Of a DNA stretch of 64,000 nt, positions 42,610-55,100 are shown in pieces. The DNA is from Octopus sinensis (lineage: Eukaryota). The notes under the pieces are model-generated. The model was not told the DNA's origin, made no database searches, and saw only the letters and a program-made list of their open reading frames with translations. The stretch is taken from positions 27,466,001-27,530,000 of the forward strand of contig NC_043013.1 of the NCBI RefSeq assembly GCF_006345805.1, in the 5' to 3' direction. The position numbers and the translations under genes were made by a program. Numbering within the stretch: the stretch's first letter is position 1; each line of letters opens with the position of its first letter.

Positions 42610-42824
42610 TTGTAATTTACAGTAAAACAAGATGAAACAGGTGTATGAACAACAAGCAGGTGTATTAGTTTGATACTTGGGAAAGTGAGAAAAACTTTTA
42701 TGTTTTGAGCCTACGCTCCTCAACAGAAAGGAATATGAGGAAACAAACAGAGAGAGAATAAAAAAAAACTTATGGATTTAGTGATCAATAATGGCGACTG
42801 ATTGGGAAAAAACCCAGTATATAT

Positions 42825-42868
<44 letters not shown>

Positions 42869-45800
42869 TTATACATACACACATGCACACATATATATAT
42901 CTTTTACTTGCTTCAGTCATTGGACTGCAGCCACGCAGGGGCACTACCCTGAAGGGTTTTAGTTGAACAAACCAATCTCAGGACTTATTTTTAAGTCTGG
43001 TACTTATTCTATCATTCTTTTCAGCCAAAACACTAAGTTACAGGGATGTAAACAAACCAACACTGGTTGTCAAGTGGTGTTGTGGGACAAACACAAAGAG
43101 AGAGAGAGAGAGAAAGGTGGGTATAACTTACTAAAGGGTCAGTGAGTGGTATTTGTTTGCCAAACAGGCAGACAAAAATGTGCATTAGCTGGGCGCAAAA
43201 TTCAACAACCGAGTTTAGGACCATAGAGTCAGTGGCACAGTAAGTGCACAAGTACTGACTCACTCCAAAAAAAAAAGAATTAAAAAAAGAAATTGCAAAG
43301 TAAAATAGTTGATACTTACAAGTCATTATTTTTAAACTATTCAATTCATTCCACAAAATTTGACGCACTTCTTTAGCATTTTGCCAATCTCCACTTCCGT
43401 TTTCGTTGATAGGAAAGTCTTTAAAAGAATGAACTCTTTTCCCAGATACGAAATCTTCTTCTGTTATATTGGTAGCCATTGGCAGCAACACATCAAAGAA
43501 GAGGGACAACTGAAAATCAGGTAGAATACCTTTAATTAGGGTCTTTTTATTTGTCAATTAACTTTGTATATATATATATGGTAATGGTGCCATGTGAAAA
43601 GCACTGGTTTGATGACGATGATGCTCATTTACAGCCATCAAGTAATGCCAAGAACACACACACACACACACACGCGTGTGGACACGATGGGCTTCTTTTA
43701 GTTTCCATTTACCAGATCCACTCATAAGGCTTTGGCAGCCCAAAGGTTTTAGTAGGAGACAAGAAGACATTTGCTCAAGGTGCTACACAGTGAAACTGAA
43801 CCCAAGACCACATGATTGGGAAGCAAGATTCTTAACCACACAGCCTGGTTGCATGGCTACAAAAAGCAAGATCCTGCAAAAGAGTGGTGAGAAGCAAATA
43901 AGTAAAAAATAATAACATTTAAGTAGTGCTTCATGTGTCAAATACTTTGGCATATCTGACACACGATTACATATATATATATATAAGTTACAGGTGGCAT
44001 GTAAAAAGCACCATCCGTCCGTGGCCGTTAGCCAGCTCCGTCTGGCGCCTGTGTGGGTGGCACGTAAAAAGCACCCACTACACTCATGGAGTGGTTGGCG
44101 TTAGGAAGGGCATCCAGCCGTAGAAACACTGCCAGATCAGACTGGGCCTGATGCAGCCTTCTGGCTTCACAGACCCCAGTTGAATCGTCCAACCCATGCT
44201 AGCATGGAAAGCGGACGCTAAATGATGATGATGATATATACATACATGTATATAGATGATACTTTAATGATGCTTATACCTGTTTTGGCGTTTGTCCACT
44301 ATCAAGGCCAATGTAAGTGCAACCATCTAATGGAGGTTTCACATGAAATGAAAGAATCTTTTCTGCCACATTCTGTTTGAAATATACCAAACCAGTAACC
44401 TGTAGAAAATACAGAATAGAATAACTGTTAAATTAGTATCTCAGTAACCTGTAGGAAATACTGAGTAATAGAATAACTTTTAAATCAATATCACAGTAAC
44501 CTGTAGGAAATACAGAGTAATAGAATATTAGAATAACCATTTTCAAAACTAGAAAAATGGCCCAGATTGTTGCTGAGATGTTAGCTTTACTATTATTATT
44601 AGAGAAAAGGAGACAAGAGGGACAGAAAGTCACTAAAGGGGTCACTGAATGTATGACAAAAGAACTCAGACAAATAAACTGAAAATGATTATAATAAAGA
44701 TAAAGTGAAGATCAAACAAATAGTGTGTGTGTGTTTAATTGGCAAGAGATAACCATCCCCAAATTATATATATGTGTCCAACCCATGCCAACATGGAAGA
44801 CGGATGTTAATGACAATGATGATGATATATATAATTTGGGGATGGTTATCTTTTGCCAATTAAACACACACACTATTTGTTTGATCTTCACATATATATA
44901 TATGCGAAGGCACATGGCTCAGTAGTTAGAGCACTGGGTTTACAATCATGAGGTAGAGAGTTCAATTCCCAAGCAGGGCTGTGTATTGTGTTCTTGAGCA
45001 AAACACTTTATTTCATGTTGTTCCAGTTCACTCAGTTGTAGAAATGAGCTGCAACATCACTGATGCCAAGCTGTAGTGGTCTTTGCCTTCCCTTTGGATA
45101 ACATCATTGGCATGGAGAAGGGAGGCTGGTATGCATGGGTGACTGCTGGTCTTCTACAAACAACCTTGACTGGACTTGAGCCTTGGAGGGGAACTTTCTA
45201 GGTGCAACCCCATGGTCATTCATGATTGAAGGAGTTCTTTACTCTTTTATAAAGTAATAAAAGAGAGAAATAGTTTGATGAAATTTTATTTAACAATAAG
45301 AAATTTCTAATATCATGAAAAATTGTTTCATAACTTAAAAACATGTAAATAATTTATATTATTATATTTAATAATAAATAAATTACTTACATGCCTGCAT
45401 TAATGCAAAATACAAAATTCCTTCAAAATAATGCAGAATTTAATCTATACACATGTCACATACAGATATAGAAATAGAGGTTTTTAATTTATCACACATG
45501 GTTGGATTGATTTAATGGGACAAAGAAAGGAAAAGAGATCACAGAGTAAGAAATAAAAATACAGAAAGAGAATATGTGGTTAGGACAGGTATTATAAAGG
45601 TTTGTTTCTTTGTAAATAACTTACAATTAATGGATTTTCATTTGGGCCAATATATTTCAAAATCTCGTTTTCATCAACTTTATAAAGGATATCCTCAACG
45701 AAGCCCTATAAAAGGAAAAAATGACAAAGTAAATATAACAGTGAAGAAAAATCAAACAAAAATAAATAGAAACTTATTCAATTACATATTTTTAACATCC

Positions 45801-48800
45801 ATTTTTCCATGCTTGCATGGGTCAGAGGAGATTGTATGAGGCAGATTTTTCTACAGTTGGATGCTCTTTCTGTTACCAACCCTCACCTGTTTCCAAGCAA
45901 AGTAATATTTCTTTTAGTCCTGTGAATATGAAATGCATGATAGCCGTGAATAATGTAGTCCTAGATATGTAATGCCAACTATGGGTGGGATGCTTTTAAT
46001 GATAGGCCAGCTCAGTGACCTGTGCCTCAACAACAGAAACAAGTGTGAAACCCTTCAATTAAAAAATATCCTCTTTTATTATACAATGTCTAAAAGGCAC
46101 AAGTGAAGGTGTGAAAAGTTTGCTTCCCAACTACATGGTTCTGGGTTCAGTCCCACTGCATGGCACTTAGAGTGTCTTCTACCATAGACCAAATCCTTGA
46201 TAATGGATTTGGTAAAGGGAAACTGAAAAAATCCCATTATATGTGTGTGTTATTGTGTCCTTGCTTTGACATCAAATGATACTTGTAAATGAATGTCACA
46301 GTCATGCATATAGTGTTCCTTATTTCCAATATTCTGTGGAAGAAAGGCAGCAAGCTGGCAGAATCACTGGCATGCCAGGCAAAATATTTGGCAGCATTTT
46401 GTCTATCTTCACATTCTAAGTTCAAATTTCACCGAGGTCAACTTTGCCTTTCATCCTTTCAGAGTCGATAAAATAAGTACCAGTTGAGTACTAGGTCAAT
46501 GAAACTGGCTTACTCGCTCCCGGAAAATTGCTGGCCTTGTGCCAAAATTTAAAACCTATATTCTGCGAAAGGAGCTCTGGTCATGGAGTAAAATTACTTT
46601 ACTTGGAAAATCCAGGTAGAAAATTGACCTCAACAAATTCTGTCCAATCTACGATGGTATGGAAAAGTAGATGTTAAAATGATGAGGATGTTAGGAAAGA
46701 CATTTCTTTATGGTTCTTGATTTACTGAGCTGAAATCGAGCTATTGACAATGCTCCATCTCATTTGCTATTCACTGCATCACCTCTACTCCTTTTGGTCA
46801 CCTCAAACTCTTGCAATTTACCTGATTCTCTGTTCCTATTCCCTCCATCTGTGTTGCTGCTGTTATTTAACCCTAGGTCAGTTATAAGGATGCTATTTTT
46901 TACTTTCTATAAAGTGTATCTAGAACTACATTATTTAATGTATCTTTCATTTTTAAGACAGTAGGATGATAATTTGAGGGAGATTTGGTTGCTATTTGTA
47001 GCAGGCTGAACCACTACAACAAGCTCCTTTGTAGATTCATTACAGCCTAAAGCAAGGCATTAGTAAGGTCATCCAAATGTAAATTAAAGAAATATTCTTT
47101 TTATTCTTTTATTCAGTCATTTGATGGCGGCCATGCTGGAGCACTGCCTTGAGGGGATTTTAGTCAAACAAATTGACCGCAGGATATTTTTTAAGCCAAG
47201 TACTTATTCTATCAGTTTCTTTTGCTGAACTGCTCAGTTATAAGGATGTAAACACACCAACACCGGCTGCCAAGTGGTGATTGGGGGGGGGGTGACAAAC
47301 ACAGACACACATACACATAGATATATACATATCTATATATGATTGGCTTCTTTCAGTTTCTGTCTACTAAATCCACTCATGAGGCTTTGGTTGGCCTGAG
47401 GCTTTAGTAGATGACACTTGCCCAAGGTGCCATGCAGTGGAACTGAATCCAGACCCATGTGGTTGAGAAGCAAGCTTCTTACCACACAACCACACCCACA
47501 TATATATTTGCAACCAAATTTATCAAGAACTATGACTATCACTTAATTATAATGGATGGATGGTAGTCATCAAAGAAATATTGAAGACAAATGGTAACAG
47601 CAACCAGAGAAGACCTGCAGTAGATGATAAAACTGGAAGATAAGATGATAGATAATAACCACTGAGGTCCAATAGCTGATGGTAAGGAGTAGAGAAATGT
47701 TGATGGTAATCAGTTGATAGTAACCTATGGAGAATCGTTAACAGTAAATGATGGATGGTATATACAATTATGCATAGAAATGAGATAAATAACTTACCTG
47801 AGAATCTGTCTTGTATATACCATGGTCTTTGCAGTATGAAACAGTACTTGGAAATGTAACAGCACAAACATCTGCATCTGTCCATTGGAATTCTTGAAAA
47901 TAATAATAATAATAATAATTATACTTTCTACTATAGGCACAAGACCTGAAATTTGGGAGAGGGGACTAGTTGATTACATAAACCCCAGTATGTGACTGGT
48001 ACTTATGTCATCAACCCCAAAAAGATGAAAGGTAATGTAAACCTCAGTGGAATTTGAACTCAAAATGTAAAGATGTATATGTCACTAAGCATTTTGCCTG
48101 GTGTGCTAACCATTCTGCCAGCTCCCCACCTTATATAATAACGATGATGATGATGATGATAATAATGATGATGATGATCCTTTCTGCTATAGGCACAAGG
48201 TCTGAAATTTTGGGTGATTGTCGATTACATTGACCCCAGCGTGTAACTGGTACTTAATTTATCGACCCTGAAAGGATGAAAGGCAAAGTCAACCTTGGCG
48301 GAATATGCATGCAGAATGTAAAGATGGATGAGATGCAGCTAAGCATTTCGTCTAGTATGTTAACGATTCTGCCAGCTGGCCACCTTAATAATAATAATAA
48401 AAATAATTAATTCTTTTGCTGTTTTTATTTTTAGTTATTGGATTATGATTACAGTGCAGCAGCACTGTCAAAGCCTTAGACAATCATATCAATCCAATAC
48501 TTGATTCAATCTGGTACTTATTTTTACGAATTTCTATTTTATAAACCTATTTCTTTACTACCCACAAGGGGCTAAACACAGAGAGGACAAACAAGGACAG
48601 AAAAACAGAATAAGTTGATTATATCAACCCCAGTGCGTAACTGGTACTTATTTAATCGACCCCGAAAGGATGAAAGGCAAAGTCGACCTCGGCGAAATTT
48701 GAACTCAGAACGTAGCAGCAGACAAAATACTGCAAACCATCTCGCCCGGCATGCCAACGTTTCTGCTAGCTCACCGCCATTAAGTTACTGGTCAGAACAG

Positions 48801-51800
48801 GACACAACATAACGGTTTCTCAACCAGCGTAAACATAAACACACACAGATCTATGTAATGTGTACATACACACACATACAAATATGTAGGTGTATATCGA
48901 TGAAAGGCTTCTGCATAGTTTCCATCTTCCAAATTCTGGCATAAGGTATTGGTCACTCTAAGGATATATGGCAAAAGACACTTGTATATAAGCAGTTAAA
49001 ATATCTGGTGGTCATTGTAACTTTTATAAATCAGGTATTAAGACTTGCCAAAAATATTTTTTTACATAGGTGCAGGCATGGCTGAGTGGTAAGAAGCTTG
49101 CTTTCCAATCAAATGGATTCAGGTTCAGCCCCACAGCCCCAGGCTGACCAAAGCCTTGTGAGTGGATTTAGTAGATGGAACCTGAAAGAATCCTCTTGTA
49201 TCTAAATGTCTATCCATCTGTGTGTGTGTGTGTGCTTGACAACCGGTGTCGGTATGTTTACATCCCCATAACTTAGCAATTTGGCAAAAAAAATGGACAG
49301 AATGAGTTTCAGTTGATTCAGTCGACTAAAATTGTTTGAGGTGGTGCCCCAGCATGGCCAGTCTAATGACTGAAACAAGTTAAAAATAAAGATAGTTATT
49401 AATTTAGACATAAACTTTATTCATAGCTTAATAGATAATTAAGAAATTCTTTGACAATAATACGTACTAGCACCCTCAGGAACACATAACATCATATCTG
49501 TGCTGCACACCCAGATACCAGGGGGAGCATATTGAGCAATCTGTGAAAAGAAAGCAAACATTTAAAGAAATATCATCACCATCGTTTAACATCTGGTTTC
49601 CATGCTGGCATGGGTTGGACAGTTTGACATGAAGCTAGCCAGACTCCAACTGCCTGTTGTGGCAGGTTTTCTACAGCTGGATGCCTTTCCTAATGTCAAC
49701 ACTTAACAGAATGTTCTGGGTGGTTCTTAGGTGCCACTGATATGGGTGTGTTTATGCAGCACTGGCATGGGTACATTGACACAGCATGGGTGCATTAACA
49801 CAGCACTGGCACCAGCACCCGAAAGGACAAGCCTGTATGTGTGGAAGACAGCGATTTTACTTAGCTTGATATGTCTTATCAAGTACAATAGATACAGCAA
49901 ACAAAAAAGAAAAAAAAAAAAGAAATATGGGTAAAAATGATGAAATCTATAAATGGTGTGGCCAAGCATCACAAGAGAGGAGGCTGCTTTGTTAGGTCTT
50001 CTTGATCAGAAGCAACATGGGACTGAGCCACAACATGATGCTAAAACCTCAATGGTAGAAGAAAGATCTATATAATGGCTGTGCTGGTAAGGATATTTAA
50101 TACATACAGAAGACATTTCCTGGGTGTCAAAAGTAACATATACTGATAGCAGAAGGAATGTGCAGCAGAGAAGTTGAGAGAACATAGTGAGGTCAGATCT
50201 GTAGACTTTAGATCTCTTGTATGCAATGATGCCAGATCAAAAGAAGTAGTGGTATCTGACATGGTTAGTTGTATGTGTGTTGTTGATTTAATACTGACTC
50301 AGTTCTATATGACAACATAAAGACAATGAGGGGGCCTGTATGCCATCACTCAATCTGCTAGAAATAGTGGCCAAGTCTCCCTGGGCTAAATTAGAGAGAG
50401 AGAAGAAAGAAGGGTATATTGGATAATGTAGTACTAGGTAGAATCTGTGTTGTCTTTATCTGCATTGAGCTGGGACTAAGTAACAATATGAAGACAAAAT
50501 TTCACTAATGAGAAATGTATATAAACAGCTTTAAAACATTGTACTCGATAAGTAAATATTAGTCTTAAATTACCGTTATGAATAAATTCTTTTATTCTTT
50601 TATGTGTTTCAGTCCAAAGGCTGTGACCATGCTAGGGTATGTATTTTAATTTCACATATTTTAAAAATTAATAACCATTTTAACTGCTGAATGGCTTAGA
50701 ATGAGATGAAACCCATTTTTGTCAATCAGTAAAGCTGAATCAGATACAGTTATTCACTTTGTCCAGGATAATTACATTGATTGCAGCAAGGTTCAATCCA
50801 ATGCCAATTTCTTATGATGGTTTTGCTACTCAGTAGTTTTGATCTGTTCAGATACAATACAAATCAAATGATGAATGACTCGACTATGTTCAAAGACTTG
50901 TATCATTTTTAATTCTTAAGTAGGATGGTGTCACATGCCAGTTTTACCAACAGACACAAAACACAAATTGACAGTCATGTTGTTTGACTTTTGTTTAATC
51001 TTAGCATTTAATACTTTATCAAAGATTACCGGATGCAAGGTCAAAATTGCTGATTTTTATTATAAGGTTTTCCGGGCTACAAGTAACATCATCATCATCA
51101 TTTAACGTCCGCTTTCCATGCTAGCATGGGTTGGACGGTTCAACTGGGGTCTGGGGAGCCCGAAAGCTGCACCAGTCCAGTCAGATCTGGCAGTGTTTCT
51201 ACAGCTGGATGCCCTTCAGTGCAAAAAAATGAAACAGCAGCCATATTAGGGAACCACCTTGAAGAATTTAGTTGAATACCAGTGCTTATTTCAAGTCTGG
51301 AACTTATTCTATTGGTATGTTTTTGCCAAGCCATTGTTATGGGGATGTAAACAAACCAGCAACAGTTGTCAAGTTGGGGGTGGAGATAAACACAATATAC
51401 ACACACAACAGGCTTCCACAGTTTCCATTTACCAAATTCACTCACATGGCACTGGTCAGCCCAGGGTTATAGAAGACACTTGCCCAAAGTGCCATGCAGT
51501 GGAACTGAACCTGAAACCATGGACTACAAAGTGAGCTTCTGAACCACACTACCATGCCAGCACCTATGCATGTATACCTACATAAACCCATACTATATTA
51601 TTTCTACCAGGACACCTGATGAAGGTGGGAGAGTAAATCAGCCGAAACGTTGTGGTAACAACAAACAAAATGAGGACACATATCTGTCCAATGTAAATGA
51701 TTTATACCAACATTCATTACATATTTCATTAAAAGATATGAAGAATTATTTTGTTAAAGTAGCTTCAAAGTTAAATAATGGTAAGAAAATTACTTACATT

Positions 51801-52012
51801 TTCAGTTATAGTTTTGTAAGTAATGTCAATAAGACAGAGAAGCGAGTCATAACTTGATTTCTGGTATTTCACAGGTAATGGAAGGAAAGCGTGTCTACAG
51901 GAACTGTAGGGATAACATCGACCCTGAAATAAGAAAAATTAAAAAGCACATTAGAAAGATTTTCTTTCATAGAACAGGGATTAAAATAATATCAGTAGGT
52001 GTCTATAAGAAT

Positions 52013-52050
<38 letters not shown>

Positions 52051-52106
52051 TATGCATATTCACACATCTATATGCATACCTATATGTATACATACACACA
52101 TCTACA

Positions 52107-52163
<57 letters not shown>

Positions 52164-55100
52164 GTGTACTCCTATGTGCATTTAAAGACACATGCATTAT
52201 ATAAAGATAGCATGGTGTGATCTGCCTGTTGTTTCTACCAAATACAGGTTGGTTTGCTTAGTACACTTGTTAGTTTATTGAAATTTCAGTATAAGGTGTC
52301 AATGCAGTTATGCACTTTATAAGAAGAGTTGAAATTAATGCTTGCAAGATGTCACAGTGGTTTTGGTAGACGGAAACTGAAAGAAGCCCATCATATGTAT
52401 GTATATGTATATATGTGTGAGTGTGTTTGTGTCTGTGTTTGTCCCCCCAACATCGCTTGACAACTGATGGTGGTGTGTTTACTTCCCTGTAACTTAGCGG
52501 TTTGGCAAAAAGACCGATAGAATAAGTACTAGGCTTATAAAGAATAAGTCCTGGGGGTCGATTTGCTTGACTAAAGGCGGTGCTCCAGCATGGCTGTAGT
52601 CAAATGACTGAAACAAGTACAAGAGTAAAAGAGAGAGAGTAATAAGACCAAGGCATGAAAACTGAATTGCTTATCCTAGTTTACCACCTGATGCACACTT
52701 GAAGATGTGTTCTGTAGCCTACATGAATTGTAACTCAGCACCACATGTGAGCTTTAGCTTATGTAATGATGAACAGATATGAAAATTTGTCAAGTCTGGG
52801 GACGCATAGAAAAGGGATGCCAGCTGGAGAATTGCCAGTGTTATTTCCCTATTGAAAAGGGATCAACAGCACATCAGTTAGTAATTGTCCAGTCAATCTG
52901 AATAGTTTTTATAGTTGAATATTAGTTGCTGAAATAGGGGTCACCATCTATTTTCTTACTTTCTATAAATATGATTAAATCCTTATAATTGTCTTTCCTG
53001 CTCAGTTCCTCATTATGCATGTCAAGTAAAACCGAGTTATAGACATCTTTCAAAGACACATTGGCACCTAATAGGATTGTTTTAGATTGTAATATAATGA
53101 AGTGTTTTAGTTTTGTAATGACATACACAGAATCTACTAGAAAAATGACAAAAATCAGTATAATCCAAAGTTAGAATTTAAATACAGACTATTAGTGAGA
53201 AAAAAAAAAATCAAAGTAGAAACGTTACAATTTCTGACAGGAAATTGAAAAGTGTTTTGATTGATTAATTAATCAACTATGTTATTGATCTGCTGAGAAG
53301 TAACGACTGGTTTTTAACTAGCAAATTGATTTTTTAAAAAATTCTGAACCCCAACCATTTTTTTTTTTTTTAAGTTAATTCAATTCACTTTAAGTTATAT
53401 CTTTGGATAACACTACTATACTGAATTAAAACATTTTTTAAAGACAATTTTTGTAGTAATCAGACCTTTTCCATTGAAATTGCTAAATACAGAAAAGATT
53501 CTTGAAATGCAGTGTTATATTTAATCTGCTAAACCAAGAACTGGTTTTGACTAATTTTAGAATAACTATATGAATTGGGGATTATTACCTGATATGTTAC
53601 CTGATATGGTGTCTTGATTATTATTCTGATTGATAAAATTGTTTTCTGAAATATTTAGCTAATATAGGAGCCAATAATATTCAACTTGATAATGTATGAA
53701 GATAATCATTAGAATTTAATTAGATTAGTTGTAACCTGTGTTGGTTCAAATCATTTCAGAAGGAACAAATGTACAAAGTGATAGTGAAGACAACATTCCT
53801 TAACTCATAAGATTATTAAGGCACCTGTGAACACTTCATCTTATTTACACAACACAACTGCATTTTATGTGGCACTGGCATCTGTAAAGGACAAGCCTGT
53901 CTGTATGGATGGCCAGGATTTTACTTAGCTTGCCATGTCTTCTCAAGTACAGAAAATCAGCACAATTCCTTGTTCTTTGTTGTTTGTGAATGGAATTATA
54001 AGGAGAAAAAGAAATACAACTTACACTGTGAAGGATAAGTATGTAGCAGTTTTGGAGAACATCAGCATTAATAGCCTGAAAGACAAGAAATTTATCAGTT
54101 TTTACTATATTTAAAGAAAACCATGGGAATATTTTTCATCAAACTTTTGTTGATTTTTCAACAAACACTCAATGGCATAATTGAAACATTTTCTTAGATG
54201 TCTTTTGAAATTCTTTAAATGAAATTTCAAGTATCTTTTTGTCATCGCTCTACTTATTAGTTATAGAAACAGCAGCAAACAGCAGTAGTGGTGGTAGCAA
54301 TGACTATGATAACACCACCAACAAATGTATGGTGATGGAACTTCTATGTGGTTGCTTGGTCTGCTAGAAATAGCAGCCAAATATAGATGTAGACATCACT
54401 GTGTGGTAAAGAAGTTTACTTTACAACTCTGTCATTGTAGGTTTAATCTTACTATTTAGCATCTTGGTTAAGTGTCTTCTCTCACAGCCAGGTTAATCAA
54501 CGCTTTATGAGTAAATTTTCAGTCAGAAACCTGTGAAAATCTGTCATATACATCATCATCATCATTTAGCATCTACTTTTTCGTGCTTGCATAGGTTGGA
54601 TGGAATTGGCTGGATACACTTCCAGCAGCTAACCCTTACCTGTTTCCAAGCAAGGTAATATTTCCTCATGGCCAGACATGTTTTTCACAGATGATTGGAA
54701 ACAAACAACTTTGCTTGTATGACAGTGATGCTCATTTACAGCCATCACATGATGTCTACACAAGGGTACACATAAATGCATGTGTACACACATACGTGCT
54801 TGAACAGAGACGTGTAAATTTGTGGTGCATCCAAGAAGTAAGGTAGAGAGGAAGTTCTGCAAGGTTCCTCACAGGCAAAGAGCATAGGTATAAGATTTTC
54901 TGGGTAGGGAACACTGAAAGGGTCGGTGGGGCATATGTATACTTCTTGCAGAGAAATTGGTTGATAAGGTAATCAAGGTAAGTCAGAGTCTGTGATAGAA
55001 TACTTAAGCTTAGATTAGTGCTTGCAACATGGATTAGCAACCATTTTCTTGGCTTATGCTCCTCAACCAGGGCTACCTGATGAACAGAAAATCGATTTTA

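Noticed and set aside
44905-44980. tRNA gene (A and B boxes present)
   Set aside because: No complete cloverleaf, and it continues into a SINE body found in several copies; the same applies to the other SINE heads
47547-47885. 112-aa minus-strand ORF
   Set aside because: Off-frame read of FCSK exon 6 running into low-complexity intron sequence
52765-52901. C/D-box snoRNA (ATGATGA ... CTGA)
   Set aside because: Antisense to the host gene, no terminal stem, no recognisable rRNA guide
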